A stretch of 64,000 nucleotides of DNA from Gammaproteobacteria bacterium (lineage in GTDB: Bacteria > Pseudomonadota > Gammaproteobacteria > CAJXQU01): NCBI GenBank assembly GCA_965238175.1, contig CBDEGZ010000003.1:800001-864000 (forward strand), given 5' to 3'. How positions within the stretch are numbered: position 1 is the stretch's first letter; the number at the start of each line of letters is the position of its first letter. The position numbers and the translations under genes were made by a program. The notes beneath the pieces were generated by a model. That model ran no database searches. It was not told the DNA's origin and worked only from the letters and a program-made list of their open reading frames with translations. Below are positions 41,605-50,863 of this stretch, piece by piece.

Positions 41605-42810
41605 ATGCAAACAATGGATGATTTTAATTTGACAGGGAAACGGGTTTTGATCCGCGAGGATTTGAATGTTCCATTGAAAAATGGCGAAATGTCTGACGAC
41701 TCTCGGATCCTTGCTGCCTTACCAACCATTAAGCAAGCAATTGAAGAAGAAGCTTGTGTTATGGTTGTTTCCCACCTTGGCCGACCTAAAGAAGGTCAAT
41801 TTGAGGAGAAGTTTTCTCTGGCTCCTGTGGCAAAAAGATTGTCCGAATTACTCGATCAAAAAGTGACTCTTGCAGAAAACTGGCTGAACGGCGTTGAAGT
41901 AGAACCAGGTGAAGTTGTCCTTTGTGAAAATGTTCGTTTTGCTATTGGCGAAAAAAGTAACGATGACGGCCTTGCCCGCAAGATGGCTTCTCTATGCGAT
42001 ATTTTTGTAAATGATGCTTTTGCTACAGCCCATCGTGCACAAGCATCAACTTATGGAATCGCGAGTTATGCGCCTAAAGTTTGTGCTGGACCGTTATTAA
42101 AAACGGAATTAGATGCACTTGGAGCAGCTTTGAAAGAACCTGCACGACCAATGATTGCTATTGTTGGTGGTGCAAAGGTCTCGACTAAATTAGAAGTGCT
42201 CGAAACTTTGGTAGAAAAAGTCGATCAATTAGTTGTCGGTGGTGGCATTGCGAACACCTTTATTAAAGCAGCTGGATACGAAGTTGGGCAGTCTCTCTAT
42301 GAAGAAGATTTAGTCGAAATTGCGAAGGCCTTAATCGAAAAAGCAAGAGAAGGTGGCGCTGAAATACCGATCCCGGTTGATGTGGTCTGTGCGAAAGAGT
42401 TCTCGGAAAGTTCAAAAGCGACCACAAAACTTGTCAGTGAAATTGAACAAGATGACATGATCTTGGATTTAGGTCCAAAAACACTGGAAGGATTAACTGC
42501 ACAACTTAAAGGTGCAGAAACAATTGTCTGGAATGGACCGCTAGGTGTTTTTGAATTTGATCAATTTGCTGATGGAACGGCCAAGCTATCAAAAGCCATT
42601 GCTGAAAGTAAGGCATATTCCATTGCTGGTGGTGGCGATACGTTAGCGGCAATTTCAAAATTTCAGATCAGCGATCAAGTGTCCTACATTTCTACTGGCG
42701 GTGGAGCTTTTCTAGAGCTTTTGGAAGGTAAGGAACTTCCAGCGGTTGCCATACTTGAAGAGCGTGCAAGGGCTAATCCGCAATCGCTACATCCCAGCGA
42801 AGGGTATTAG
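41605..42810 (+). CDS. pgk: Phosphoglycerate kinase
   Basis: [46 protein letters not shown]; start may be TTG 41590. Confidence 0.97.
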   Translation: MQTMDDFNLTGKRVLIREDLNVPLKNGEMSDDSRILAALPTIKQAIEEEACVMVVSHLGRPKEGQFEEKFSLAPVAKRLSELLDQKVTLAENWLNGVEVEPGEVVLCENVRFAIGEKSNDDGLARKMASLCDIFVNDAFATAHRAQASTYGIASYAPKVCAGPLLKTELDALGAALKEPARPMIAIVGGAKVSTKLEVLETLVEKVDQLVVGGGIANTFIKAAGYEVGQSLYEEDLVEIAKALIEKAREGGAEIPIPVDVVCAKEFSESSKATTKLVSEIEQDDMILDLGPKTLEGLTAQLKGAETIVWNGPLGVFEFDQFADGTAKLSKAIAESKAYSIAGGGDTLAAISKFQISDQVSYISTGGGAFLELLEGKELPAVAILEERARANPQSLHPSEGY

Positions 42811-42831
42811 TCATAACTTAATTTTAATTTT

Positions 42832-42863
42832 ACTGCCAGGTTAGGGCCTGGCAGTTTTGCTTT
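42832..42863 (+). terminator. Terminator-like hairpin between pgk and pyk
   Basis: ACTGCCAGG-TTAGGG-CCTGGCAGT then TTTGCTTT. Confidence 0.5.
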
Positions 42864-42871
42864 GGAAAACT

Positions 42872-44314
42872 ATGAGAAGAACGAAAATTGTTGCAACCCT
42901 AGGGCCAGCTACAGATAGCCCAAAAGTACTAAAACAGCTAATCATGGCTGGAGCAGATACGGTCAGACTAAATTACTCGCATGGAACCCACGAGGAACAA
43001 GAAAAACGTGTCCAACAGGTTTATGAAATCACCAAAGAATTGGGGCGCCATGTTGGCATTATGGCTGATCTGCAAGGGCCTAAAATTCGTATAGCTTCGT
43101 TTAAAGAGGGTTTTGCCATTCTTGAAGAAGGGGATGAGTTTGATTTGGATACCGCGCTAAAAGATGATGCTGGCGATGAACATCAAGTAGGGATCACTTA
43201 TAAAAACCTGGTAAATGATGTAAAAAAAGGCGATAACTTACTTCTTGACGACGGACGGATCATTTTACAAGTTGAGCGGATCCGCGATACGCGGATTAAA
43301 TGTACAGTTTTATTAGGAGGTTACCTTTCAAATAATAAAGGTCTTAATAAAGAAGGTGGCGGTTTATCTGCTAAAGCACTTACTGCGAAGGATCGTCGTG
43401 ATTTACGGCATGCGATTGGTTTAGGGGTCGATTTTATTGCGCTTTCATTTCCAAGAGATGCGAAAGATGTAGAAGGTGCGCGTCGATTGATCAAAAAAGA
43501 AGGGGGTGAGTGCCGTATAATTGCGAAAATTGAACGAGCTGAGGCCATTGAGAACGAAAAGGAAATCATAGAGGCTGCTGATGCGATTATGATTGCACGT
43601 GGTGATTTAGGTGTTGAAATTGGCGATGCTTCTTTACCACCCGTACAAAAGCGACTGATCAAAAAAGCCCGAAGAATGAATCGTGCAGTGATCACTGCAA
43701 CACAAATGATGGAATCGATGATCGAGAATCACATTCCGACTCGCGCAGAGGTTTTCGATGTCGCTAACGCGGTACTTGATGGCACGGATGCAGTGATGTT
43801 ATCGGCGGAGACAAGCATTGGGAAAAATCCAGTAAAGGTGGTGGAAGCGATGGCTCGGATCATTACTGAGACTGAACGTCAGCGTGGTTCATTGGGTGCC
43901 GATTATCGAATTGAACAAAAATTTGAAGAGATCGATGAAACGATTGCCATGTCGACTATGTACGCGGCGAATCATATGAAAGCTAAAGCGATTATTGCCT
44001 TGACAGAAACTGGTAGTACTACTAAATGGATGTCACGAACTCGATCTGGTATTCCCATCTTTGCCTTCACACGAACAGCAAGAACCTGTCGTCGCGTGAC
44101 GCTGTTTCGAGGTGTGTACCCATTTTTATATGACATTACCGATTCAGATTTTCTTGAAGCAAATAAGGAAATGATCGAGCTATTAAAATCTCACAATGCG
44201 GTAAAAGATGATGATGTAGTCATTATTACAAAGGGCGATCTCCAGGGTTCTCAAGGGGGGACTAATGTTATGAAGATTGTTCGCGTCGGCCAATTAGTTG
44301 CTCATAGAAGTTAA
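42872..44314 (+). CDS. pyk: Pyruvate kinase
   Basis: RRTKIVATLGPA, DLQGPKIR, AKIER, ARGDLG, ATQMMESM, DGTDAVMLS. Confidence 0.97.
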   Translation: MRRTKIVATLGPATDSPKVLKQLIMAGADTVRLNYSHGTHEEQEKRVQQVYEITKELGRHVGIMADLQGPKIRIASFKEGFAILEEGDEFDLDTALKDDAGDEHQVGITYKNLVNDVKKGDNLLLDDGRIILQVERIRDTRIKCTVLLGGYLSNNKGLNKEGGGLSAKALTAKDRRDLRHAIGLGVDFIALSFPRDAKDVEGARRLIKKEGGECRIIAKIERAEAIENEKEIIEAADAIMIARGDLGVEIGDASLPPVQKRLIKKARRMNRAVITATQMMESMIENHIPTRAEVFDVANAVLDGTDAVMLSAETSIGKNPVKVVEAMARIITETERQRGSLGADYRIEQKFEEIDETIAMSTMYAANHMKAKAIIALTETGSTTKWMSRTRSGIPIFAFTRTARTCRRVTLFRGVYPFLYDITDSDFLEANKEMIELLKSHNAVKDDDVVIITKGDLQGSQGGTNVMKIVRVGQLVAHRS

Positions 44315-44468
44315 AAAAGCCTAAACAATTGAAAGTATCAGGCAACAATATTTTACGGGCAACGATTTAGCACTTGTAGAAGTATTCTTATACTCAGATA
44401 ATTGTTGAACGCGATCAAACACAACTTGTTTTAATAATTAACTTAAAGAACTATCAGGGAAAAAACTA

Positions 44469-45533
44469 ATGGCAGTTATATCACTACGACAATTACTCGA
44501 TCACGCCGCAGAAAACGGATATGGCGTTCCTGCTTTTAACGTCAATAATCTTGAACAGATGCAAGCCATAATGGAAGCTGCGGATGCGACAGATAGTCCA
44601 ATAATTGTCCAGGCTTCTGCTGGCGCAAGAAAATATGCAGGCGCCCCTTTTTTACGGCATTTAATGGAAGCTGCAGTAGAGCTTTATCCACACATTCCAC
44701 TTGTTATTCATCAAGATCATGGCACTAGTCCGTCAGTATGCCAGCGCTCAATTCAACTTGGTTTCTCATCGGTGATGATGGATGGATCGCTTGGTACAGA
44801 TGGAAAAACACCAACCAGTTATGACTACAATGTTGATGTAACTCGTCAAACGGTTGAAATGGCGCATGCATGCGGTGTCTCTGTTGAAGGTGAGTTGGGT
44901 TGTCTAGGTTCATTGGAAACAGGTGAAGCGGGCGAGGAAGATGGCATAGGCGCAGACGTTATATTGACTCATGATCAAATGTTGACAGATCCGGAGGAAG
45001 CCGCTGACTTTGTTAAGAAGACTAATGTTGATGCCTTAGCCATTGCGATAGGAACAAGTCATGGCGCTTATAAATTCACAAAACCACCTACTGGAGATGT
45101 ACTGGCGATTGATCGAGTCAAAGCCATACATGCAAGGATTCCAAATACGCATCTTGTTATGCATGGTTCTTCATCTGTTCCTCAGGATTGGTTGCAGATT
45201 ATTAATGAACATGGTGGTGATTTAGGTGAGACATATGGTGTGCCACTTGAGGAAATTCAGGAAGGTATTAAGCACGGTGTGCGTAAGGTTAATATAGATA
45301 CGGACTTGCGTATGGCAAGTACAGGATCAATTCGTAAGTTCATGGCTGAAAATCCAAAAGAATTTGATCCGCGCAAATACCTTGGTGTCTCACGAGATGC
45401 AATGAAGGGTATTTGTATCGAAAGATTCGAAGCATTCGGTACGGCAGGGAATGCATCAAAAATTAAACCTATTACATTGGAGACGATGTTTAATAAGTAT
45501 GGAAAAGGCGAACTTGATGCCGTTGTAACTTAG
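44469..45533 (+). CDS. fba: Class II fructose-bisphosphate aldolase (proteobacterial CbbA/Fba subtype)
   Basis: [53 protein letters not shown]. Confidence 0.97.
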   Translation: MAVISLRQLLDHAAENGYGVPAFNVNNLEQMQAIMEAADATDSPIIVQASAGARKYAGAPFLRHLMEAAVELYPHIPLVIHQDHGTSPSVCQRSIQLGFSSVMMDGSLGTDGKTPTSYDYNVDVTRQTVEMAHACGVSVEGELGCLGSLETGEAGEEDGIGADVILTHDQMLTDPEEAADFVKKTNVDALAIAIGTSHGAYKFTKPPTGDVLAIDRVKAIHARIPNTHLVMHGSSSVPQDWLQIINEHGGDLGETYGVPLEEIQEGIKHGVRKVNIDTDLRMASTGSIRKFMAENPKEFDPRKYLGVSRDAMKGICIERFEAFGTAGNASKIKPITLETMFNKYGKGELDAVVT

Positions 45534-45554
45534 AACTGTTTATATCAAGTAAAC

Positions 45555-45585
45555 AAAAAAACGGCTTTATAAAGCCGTTTTTTTT
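45555..45585 (+). terminator. Intrinsic (bidirectional-type) terminator after fba
   Basis: AAAAAAACGGCTTT-AT-AAAGCCGTTTTTTTT. Confidence 0.85.
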
Positions 45586-45796
45586 GATCTGCTGAGTTGA
45601 ATTTAACTAATCCCAGCTCAGTGATTGGAATTGCGATGAGATCTGTCCCGACTCGCTCCCCATAATTACTGAGAATGATTTTCGTATCTTATTAAAAATT
45701 TTATCTTTGACTTTATTCTCAAGTTTTGATTGGTTTCAAATTGTAAATGCCGCATGTTAAATTCTTATCGAATTAATGAGGCCTGATCAGACTTTA

Positions 45797-46564
45797 TTAC
45801 AAATCATACGTCATGATCAACGGAGCGTGATCAGAAAAACTTTCTTCTCGATAAATCTCTGTTGTCAGTACTTTACCTTTTAAGCTGGGTGAAACAATCT
45901 GATAGTCAATTCGCCAACCGACGTTGTTGGCTCGTGCTTGTCCTCGGTTCGACCACCAAGTGAATTGATCTGGTTGTTGATTAATCTCACGAAACGCATC
46001 AATAAACCCAAGTTCATCAAAAATTTTAGTCATCCATTCTCGTTCTTCGGGTAAAAATCCCGAATTCTTTTTATTACCCTTCCAGTTTTTAAGATCAATT
46101 TCTTTATGAGCAATATTCCAATCACCGGAGATGATGTAATCACGTCCATCCTTGCTCATTTCTTCAAGTCGTGGATAGAATCGATCAAGAAAATCAAACT
46201 TTCTTGCTTGACGTTCTTCGCTAGAAGAGCCGGAGGGTAAATACAATGAGATGACGCTAAGGTTTCCAAAATCGGCTTGAATAAAACGACCCTCGCGATC
46301 AAAATCTTCCCAGCCAAGTCCGACGATGGTTTGATCTGGTTTTTCTTTTGTATATAAAGCGACGCCGCTGTATCCTTTTTTTTCTGCATCATGAAAGTGG
46401 GTGTGAAAGCCATCTGGTGCAACAATTTCATCTATGAGTTGATCAATTTGTGCTTTAGTTTCTTGTACGCAAAGTACATCCACATTTTGTTTGGGGAGCC
46501 AGTCAAAAAAACCTTTTCGATGGGCAGCACGAATTCCGTTGAGATTAGCAGAGATTATTTTCAT
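45797..46564 (-). CDS. xth: Exodeoxyribonuclease III
   Basis: S.N.NGIRA, QETK, GYSGV, GDWNIAH, WWSNR, GWRIDY, SDHAP; divergent from pyrE. Confidence 0.93.
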   Translation of the reverse strand: MKIISANLNGIRAAHRKGFFDWLPKQNVDVLCVQETKAQIDQLIDEIVAPDGFHTHFHDAEKKGYSGVALYTKEKPDQTIVGLGWEDFDREGRFIQADFGNLSVISLYLPSGSSSEERQARKFDFLDRFYPRLEEMSKDGRDYIISGDWNIAHKEIDLKNWKGNKKNSGFLPEEREWMTKIFDELGFIDAFREINQQPDQFTWWSNRGQARANNVGWRIDYQIVSPSLKGKVLTTEIYREESFSDHAPLIMTYDL

Positions 46565-46618
46565 TACAGTTCCTAAAGTTTGTTAAACTAACGTGCTTTC
46601 CATTATACCCATGAAACC

Positions 46619-47269
46619 ATGCAAGAATATCAACAAGAGTTTATTGAATTTGCCCTTGAATGTGAGGTCCTGAAGTTTGGTAGTTTTACGCTAAAATCTG
46701 GCCGACAAAGTCCGTATTTTTTTAATACAGGATTATTCAACACCGGTGAAAAACTCGCTCGACTAGGTAATTATTACGCACGAGCGATCATCGATTTCGG
46801 TATTGAATTCGATATGATTTATGGTCCAGCTTATAAAGGTATTCCTTTAGCTTCTGCTACAGCGATTGCGCTTGCAGAGAAACATGATCGTGATGTCCCT
46901 TATGTATTTAATCGCAAAGAAGTCAAAGATCATGGTGAAGGAGGCATGACGCTCGGCGCGCCTTTGGCCGGGAAAATATTGATCATTGATGATGTTATTT
47001 CGGCAGGCACATCAGTCAATGAATCCATCGAAATTATTAATGCAGCTGATGCAGAACCTGTTGGTGTAGTGATTTCACTAAATCGGCAAGAAGTCGGCAA
47101 AGGAGGGTTGTCTGCGATTCAGGAAATTGAGCAACAGAAAAAAATCCCTGTCGCAAGTATTGTGGCGCTGACAGATTTGATCGAACATCTTGCTGATCAA
47201 AAAGGTGACATGCAGAAATATCGTGATCAGATTTTGGCGTATAGAGAACAATACGGCGAGAAAAGTTAA
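46619..47269 (+). CDS. pyrE: Orotate phosphoribosyltransferase
   Basis: [43 protein letters not shown]. Confidence 0.97.
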   Translation: MQEYQQEFIEFALECEVLKFGSFTLKSGRQSPYFFNTGLFNTGEKLARLGNYYARAIIDFGIEFDMIYGPAYKGIPLASATAIALAEKHDRDVPYVFNRKEVKDHGEGGMTLGAPLAGKILIIDDVISAGTSVNESIEIINAADAEPVGVVISLNRQEVGKGGLSAIQEIEQQKKIPVASIVALTDLIEHLADQKGDMQKYRDQILAYREQYGEKS

Positions 47270-47271
47270 AT

Positions 47272-47374
47272 GCAAGCGCTCTTTTTCACCTCAATATGTT
47301 ATCAGCCGGTCGTTTATTTAGAATAACTAAACTTTGCTTACTCTGCCTTGCTTGAGGCGAAAAAGAGTGCTCGC
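47272..47374. repeat. Solo stem-loop module related to the 50571-50863 element
   Basis: 23-bp arms (20/23 complementary) around the core GGTCGTTTATTTAGAATAACTAAACTTTGCTTACTCTGCCTTG. Confidence 0.7.
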
Positions 47375-47417
47375 CAGTTTTGGCTTATGGTTGATGAATA
47401 ATCTCAGTATTTTAAAG

Positions 47418-48173
47418 TTAACCAAGAATTAATTTTAAGCCAATCACAATGGTTAGAACTTCATAGACCTTTTTGATCCAATAATTTCCTTTAGCAATCG
47501 ATAGATGTGCGCCTGCGTAGCCTCCAAGTAATGATCCTAGCAATAGTGCAGGCAACCAATTCCAGCGGATTTCACTTAATAAGCCAAGCGTTAATGCACC
47601 AGCGCCGTTCCAGAACATGCCGACAAGAATGAGTGTGTAGGCGACGGCGCATTTGTATTCAAGCCCAAACCAACGCACTAACCAAAGTGTGACGAAAAGT
47701 CCGGTTCCTGAAGTGAGCGAACCATTCAGTATTCCGATCATAAATAGAACGATACCACCGATCAAATAACCTGACATTGTTCTATTAGTCGTAAGAGTTT
47801 GTTGCCCCAGCGATGGTGTAAGCCAAGAGTAAATTCCTAGCGCGATTGTTAAACATCCCAATGACATTTCTGCCCAGCGATCCGGTACGTCAAGGATAAT
47901 ATGCGCGCCGATCAAAACACCCGGAATACCGGTGCCTAAAATAAATATTGCAAATTTTAGATCAAGCATTTTCTCGCGAGAGTGGCGTATTGTTGCGCCG
48001 ATCCCAAGTGCGACACTGGCAAATTTATGCGTGCCGAGTGCGATAGAAAATGGCAGGCCCAAAAACAGCAAAGCTGGTAGTTGGATTAAACCGGCACCAC
48101 CGCCAGCAAAAGCCGAAAATAGATTAGCTAGAAATGAGATGACGAAGAGGACTGTTTGATCGTAGAAATTCAT
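47418..48173 (-). CDS. Sulfite exporter TauE/SafE family membrane protein
   Basis: GGGAGLIQLPAL, ALGTHK, G..NG...GTG, multiple TM helices. Confidence 0.88.
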   Translation of the reverse strand: MNFYDQTVLFVISFLANLFSAFAGGGAGLIQLPALLFLGLPFSIALGTHKFASVALGIGATIRHSREKMLDLKFAIFILGTGIPGVLIGAHIILDVPDRWAEMSLGCLTIALGIYSWLTPSLGQQTLTTNRTMSGYLIGGIVLFMIGILNGSLTSGTGLFVTLWLVRWFGLEYKCAVAYTLILVGMFWNGAGALTLGLLSEIRWNWLPALLLGSLLGGYAGAHLSIAKGNYWIKKVYEVLTIVIGLKLILG

Positions 48174-48298
48174 CAGAGGTTTCCTAAAGTTCTTGTTTAA
48201 ACTGCCGATGGTTCTCGTATCAAGGAAGATATTTTAGCAGTGTGGTCTTCTATTACCTAAAGATAATAGTTTTAACATTTCAAAAAAAGGATTTTCTC

Positions 48299-48925
48299 AT
48301 GATTTCAAATTTTCATCGCATTGTAATTATTTCAGCGCTTTTCGTAATATTCATGTCTTCTTCCCATGCTGGAATCAAATGTTGGAAAAACAGTGATGGC
48401 TATCGTGAATGCGGTAATCATATTCCGCCAGAATATGCGCAGCAGGATAGCAAGCAGTTTAATAAATATGGTGTGACGACAGAAAAACAGGTGCGTGCTA
48501 AGACTAAAGAAGAGTTAGATGAGGCCGAAAGACTTGCAGCAATAGAAGATCAAAAACAGTTAGAGATCAAAAAACGAAAAGATGCTGATCAACTATTATT
48601 AAATTCTTTTGCATCAGCAGATGACATTATTCTTGCACGTGAAGGCAAGCTCTCTTCTTTAGACTCAGAAGTCAGCCTTCGCGAAGCGCATATTGAAAAT
48701 CTTCAAATGAATCTGGATAAGATTGTTACTGTTGCGATAGATATGGAACGTCGTGGGGAGTCTATAACAGAAAAAGTACTGATGGATATTGAAAGTGTAA
48801 AATCACAAATTTCGGAAACTAAGACATACATTAAGATTAAGCAAAATGAGAAGATTCTGGTCAAACAACAATATGATCAGGATCTCATCCGCTATAATAG
48901 ACTTCAACCAGAAGTTTATTATTAG
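48299..48925 (+). CDS. Exported coiled-coil protein (DUF4124-like N-terminus)
   Basis: Probable start 48299; signal peptide, IKCW....G...CG..IPPEY, D..LL.SF...DI..AR pattern. Confidence 0.7.
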   Translation: MISNFHRIVIISALFVIFMSSSHAGIKCWKNSDGYRECGNHIPPEYAQQDSKQFNKYGVTTEKQVRAKTKEELDEAERLAAIEDQKQLEIKKRKDADQLLLNSFASADDIILAREGKLSSLDSEVSLREAHIENLQMNLDKIVTVAIDMERRGESITEKVLMDIESVKSQISETKTYIKIKQNEKILVKQQYDQDLIRYNRLQPEVYY

Positions 48926-48961
48926 GCGAGTGCTAACTAACAAAATTTAGCTTGGTTCTTC

Positions 48962-49555
48962 TCAATTTATAATAAATAATACTTTTTGTAACAAGGGCCA
49001 CTGTATTTCCCAATACTCGGTTGGGCTTGCTTTGAACCCTGATCGAACATAGCGGCACATTCTTCCATCTGCAACAGAAAGTAGGAGGTTTGCTATTGAG
49101 CTGGTTGAGCCTGCGGGGCGTGAAGCTCCTGCCATTGGCGCTTCTCTAAGGATCTGTTTAAACTGTGTTTCTAATCGTTCGAATAGTTTTGCCATTCTTT
49201 TTCGTAGACGTTCATTTTCGCCAATCAAAGCATCACCCACTAGAATTCGAGTAATACCAGGATTTTTTTCGGCAAATTTTAATAACACTAAAAGTAAATT
49301 TTCACAGCGTCGGGTTGGATCAGACTCTTCCTCCATAATCCGATTTGCCAAACCAAAGATGGCATCTTCGGCAAAATCGATTAACGCTTCAAACATTTTA
49401 GCTTTGCTCGGAAAATGACGGTACAGCGCCGCTTCAGACACACCGACAGCGTTAGCCAGACGTGCTGTAGTAATGCGTGTGCCGGGACTTGTTTCCAACT
49501 CCTGTGCAAGCACTTCAAGGATTTGTTGTTTACGATTACTTTTCTTATTAGTCAT
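48962..49555 (-). CDS. slmA: Nucleoid occlusion factor SlmA (TetR family)
   Basis: RKQQIL..LA..LE, ITTA.LA..VGVSEAALYRHFPSKAKMFEALI; follows argB. Confidence 0.93.
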   Translation of the reverse strand: MTNKKSNRKQQILEVLAQELETSPGTRITTARLANAVGVSEAALYRHFPSKAKMFEALIDFAEDAIFGLANRIMEEESDPTRRCENLLLVLLKFAEKNPGITRILVGDALIGENERLRKRMAKLFERLETQFKQILREAPMAGASRPAGSTSSIANLLLSVADGRMCRYVRSGFKASPTEYWEIQWPLLQKVLFIIN

Positions 49556-49559
49556 TCGT

Positions 49560-50528
<969 letters not shown>

Positions 50529-50570
50529 TCAAGCTTTCCGAGGATAGATGTGATTATTTCTCTGTTGCTT

Positions 50571-50863
50571 TAGGGGTTGTTGATTTTTCAAGGGCATTAT
50601 TAACTGCTAGAACGCTTTTTGTCCCAACAAGGCAGAAGGAGCGAGGTTTAGTCATTACTAAATGAACGACCTTAAGTAAATGATTAATAAAACGCGGTTG
50701 GGGCAAAAAAGCGTCCCAGCCCTACGGGTTAAGGTTAAAAATGCTTCTATCTGTGTTGGTCATCACTTATTTGGAATGACTAAACCTCGTTCTTCGCGCC
50801 CTTGATAGAAGCATTTTTAGGCTCAAAAGTTAGTGCCCATGAAAGACCGACCAACAACCCCTA
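50571..50863. mobile_element. 293-bp structured MITE-like element
   Basis: Perfect 12-bp terminal inverted repeats TAGGGGTTGTTG / CAACAACCCCTA with YTAG at both ends; two internal hairpins; no coding capacity. Confidence 0.75.
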
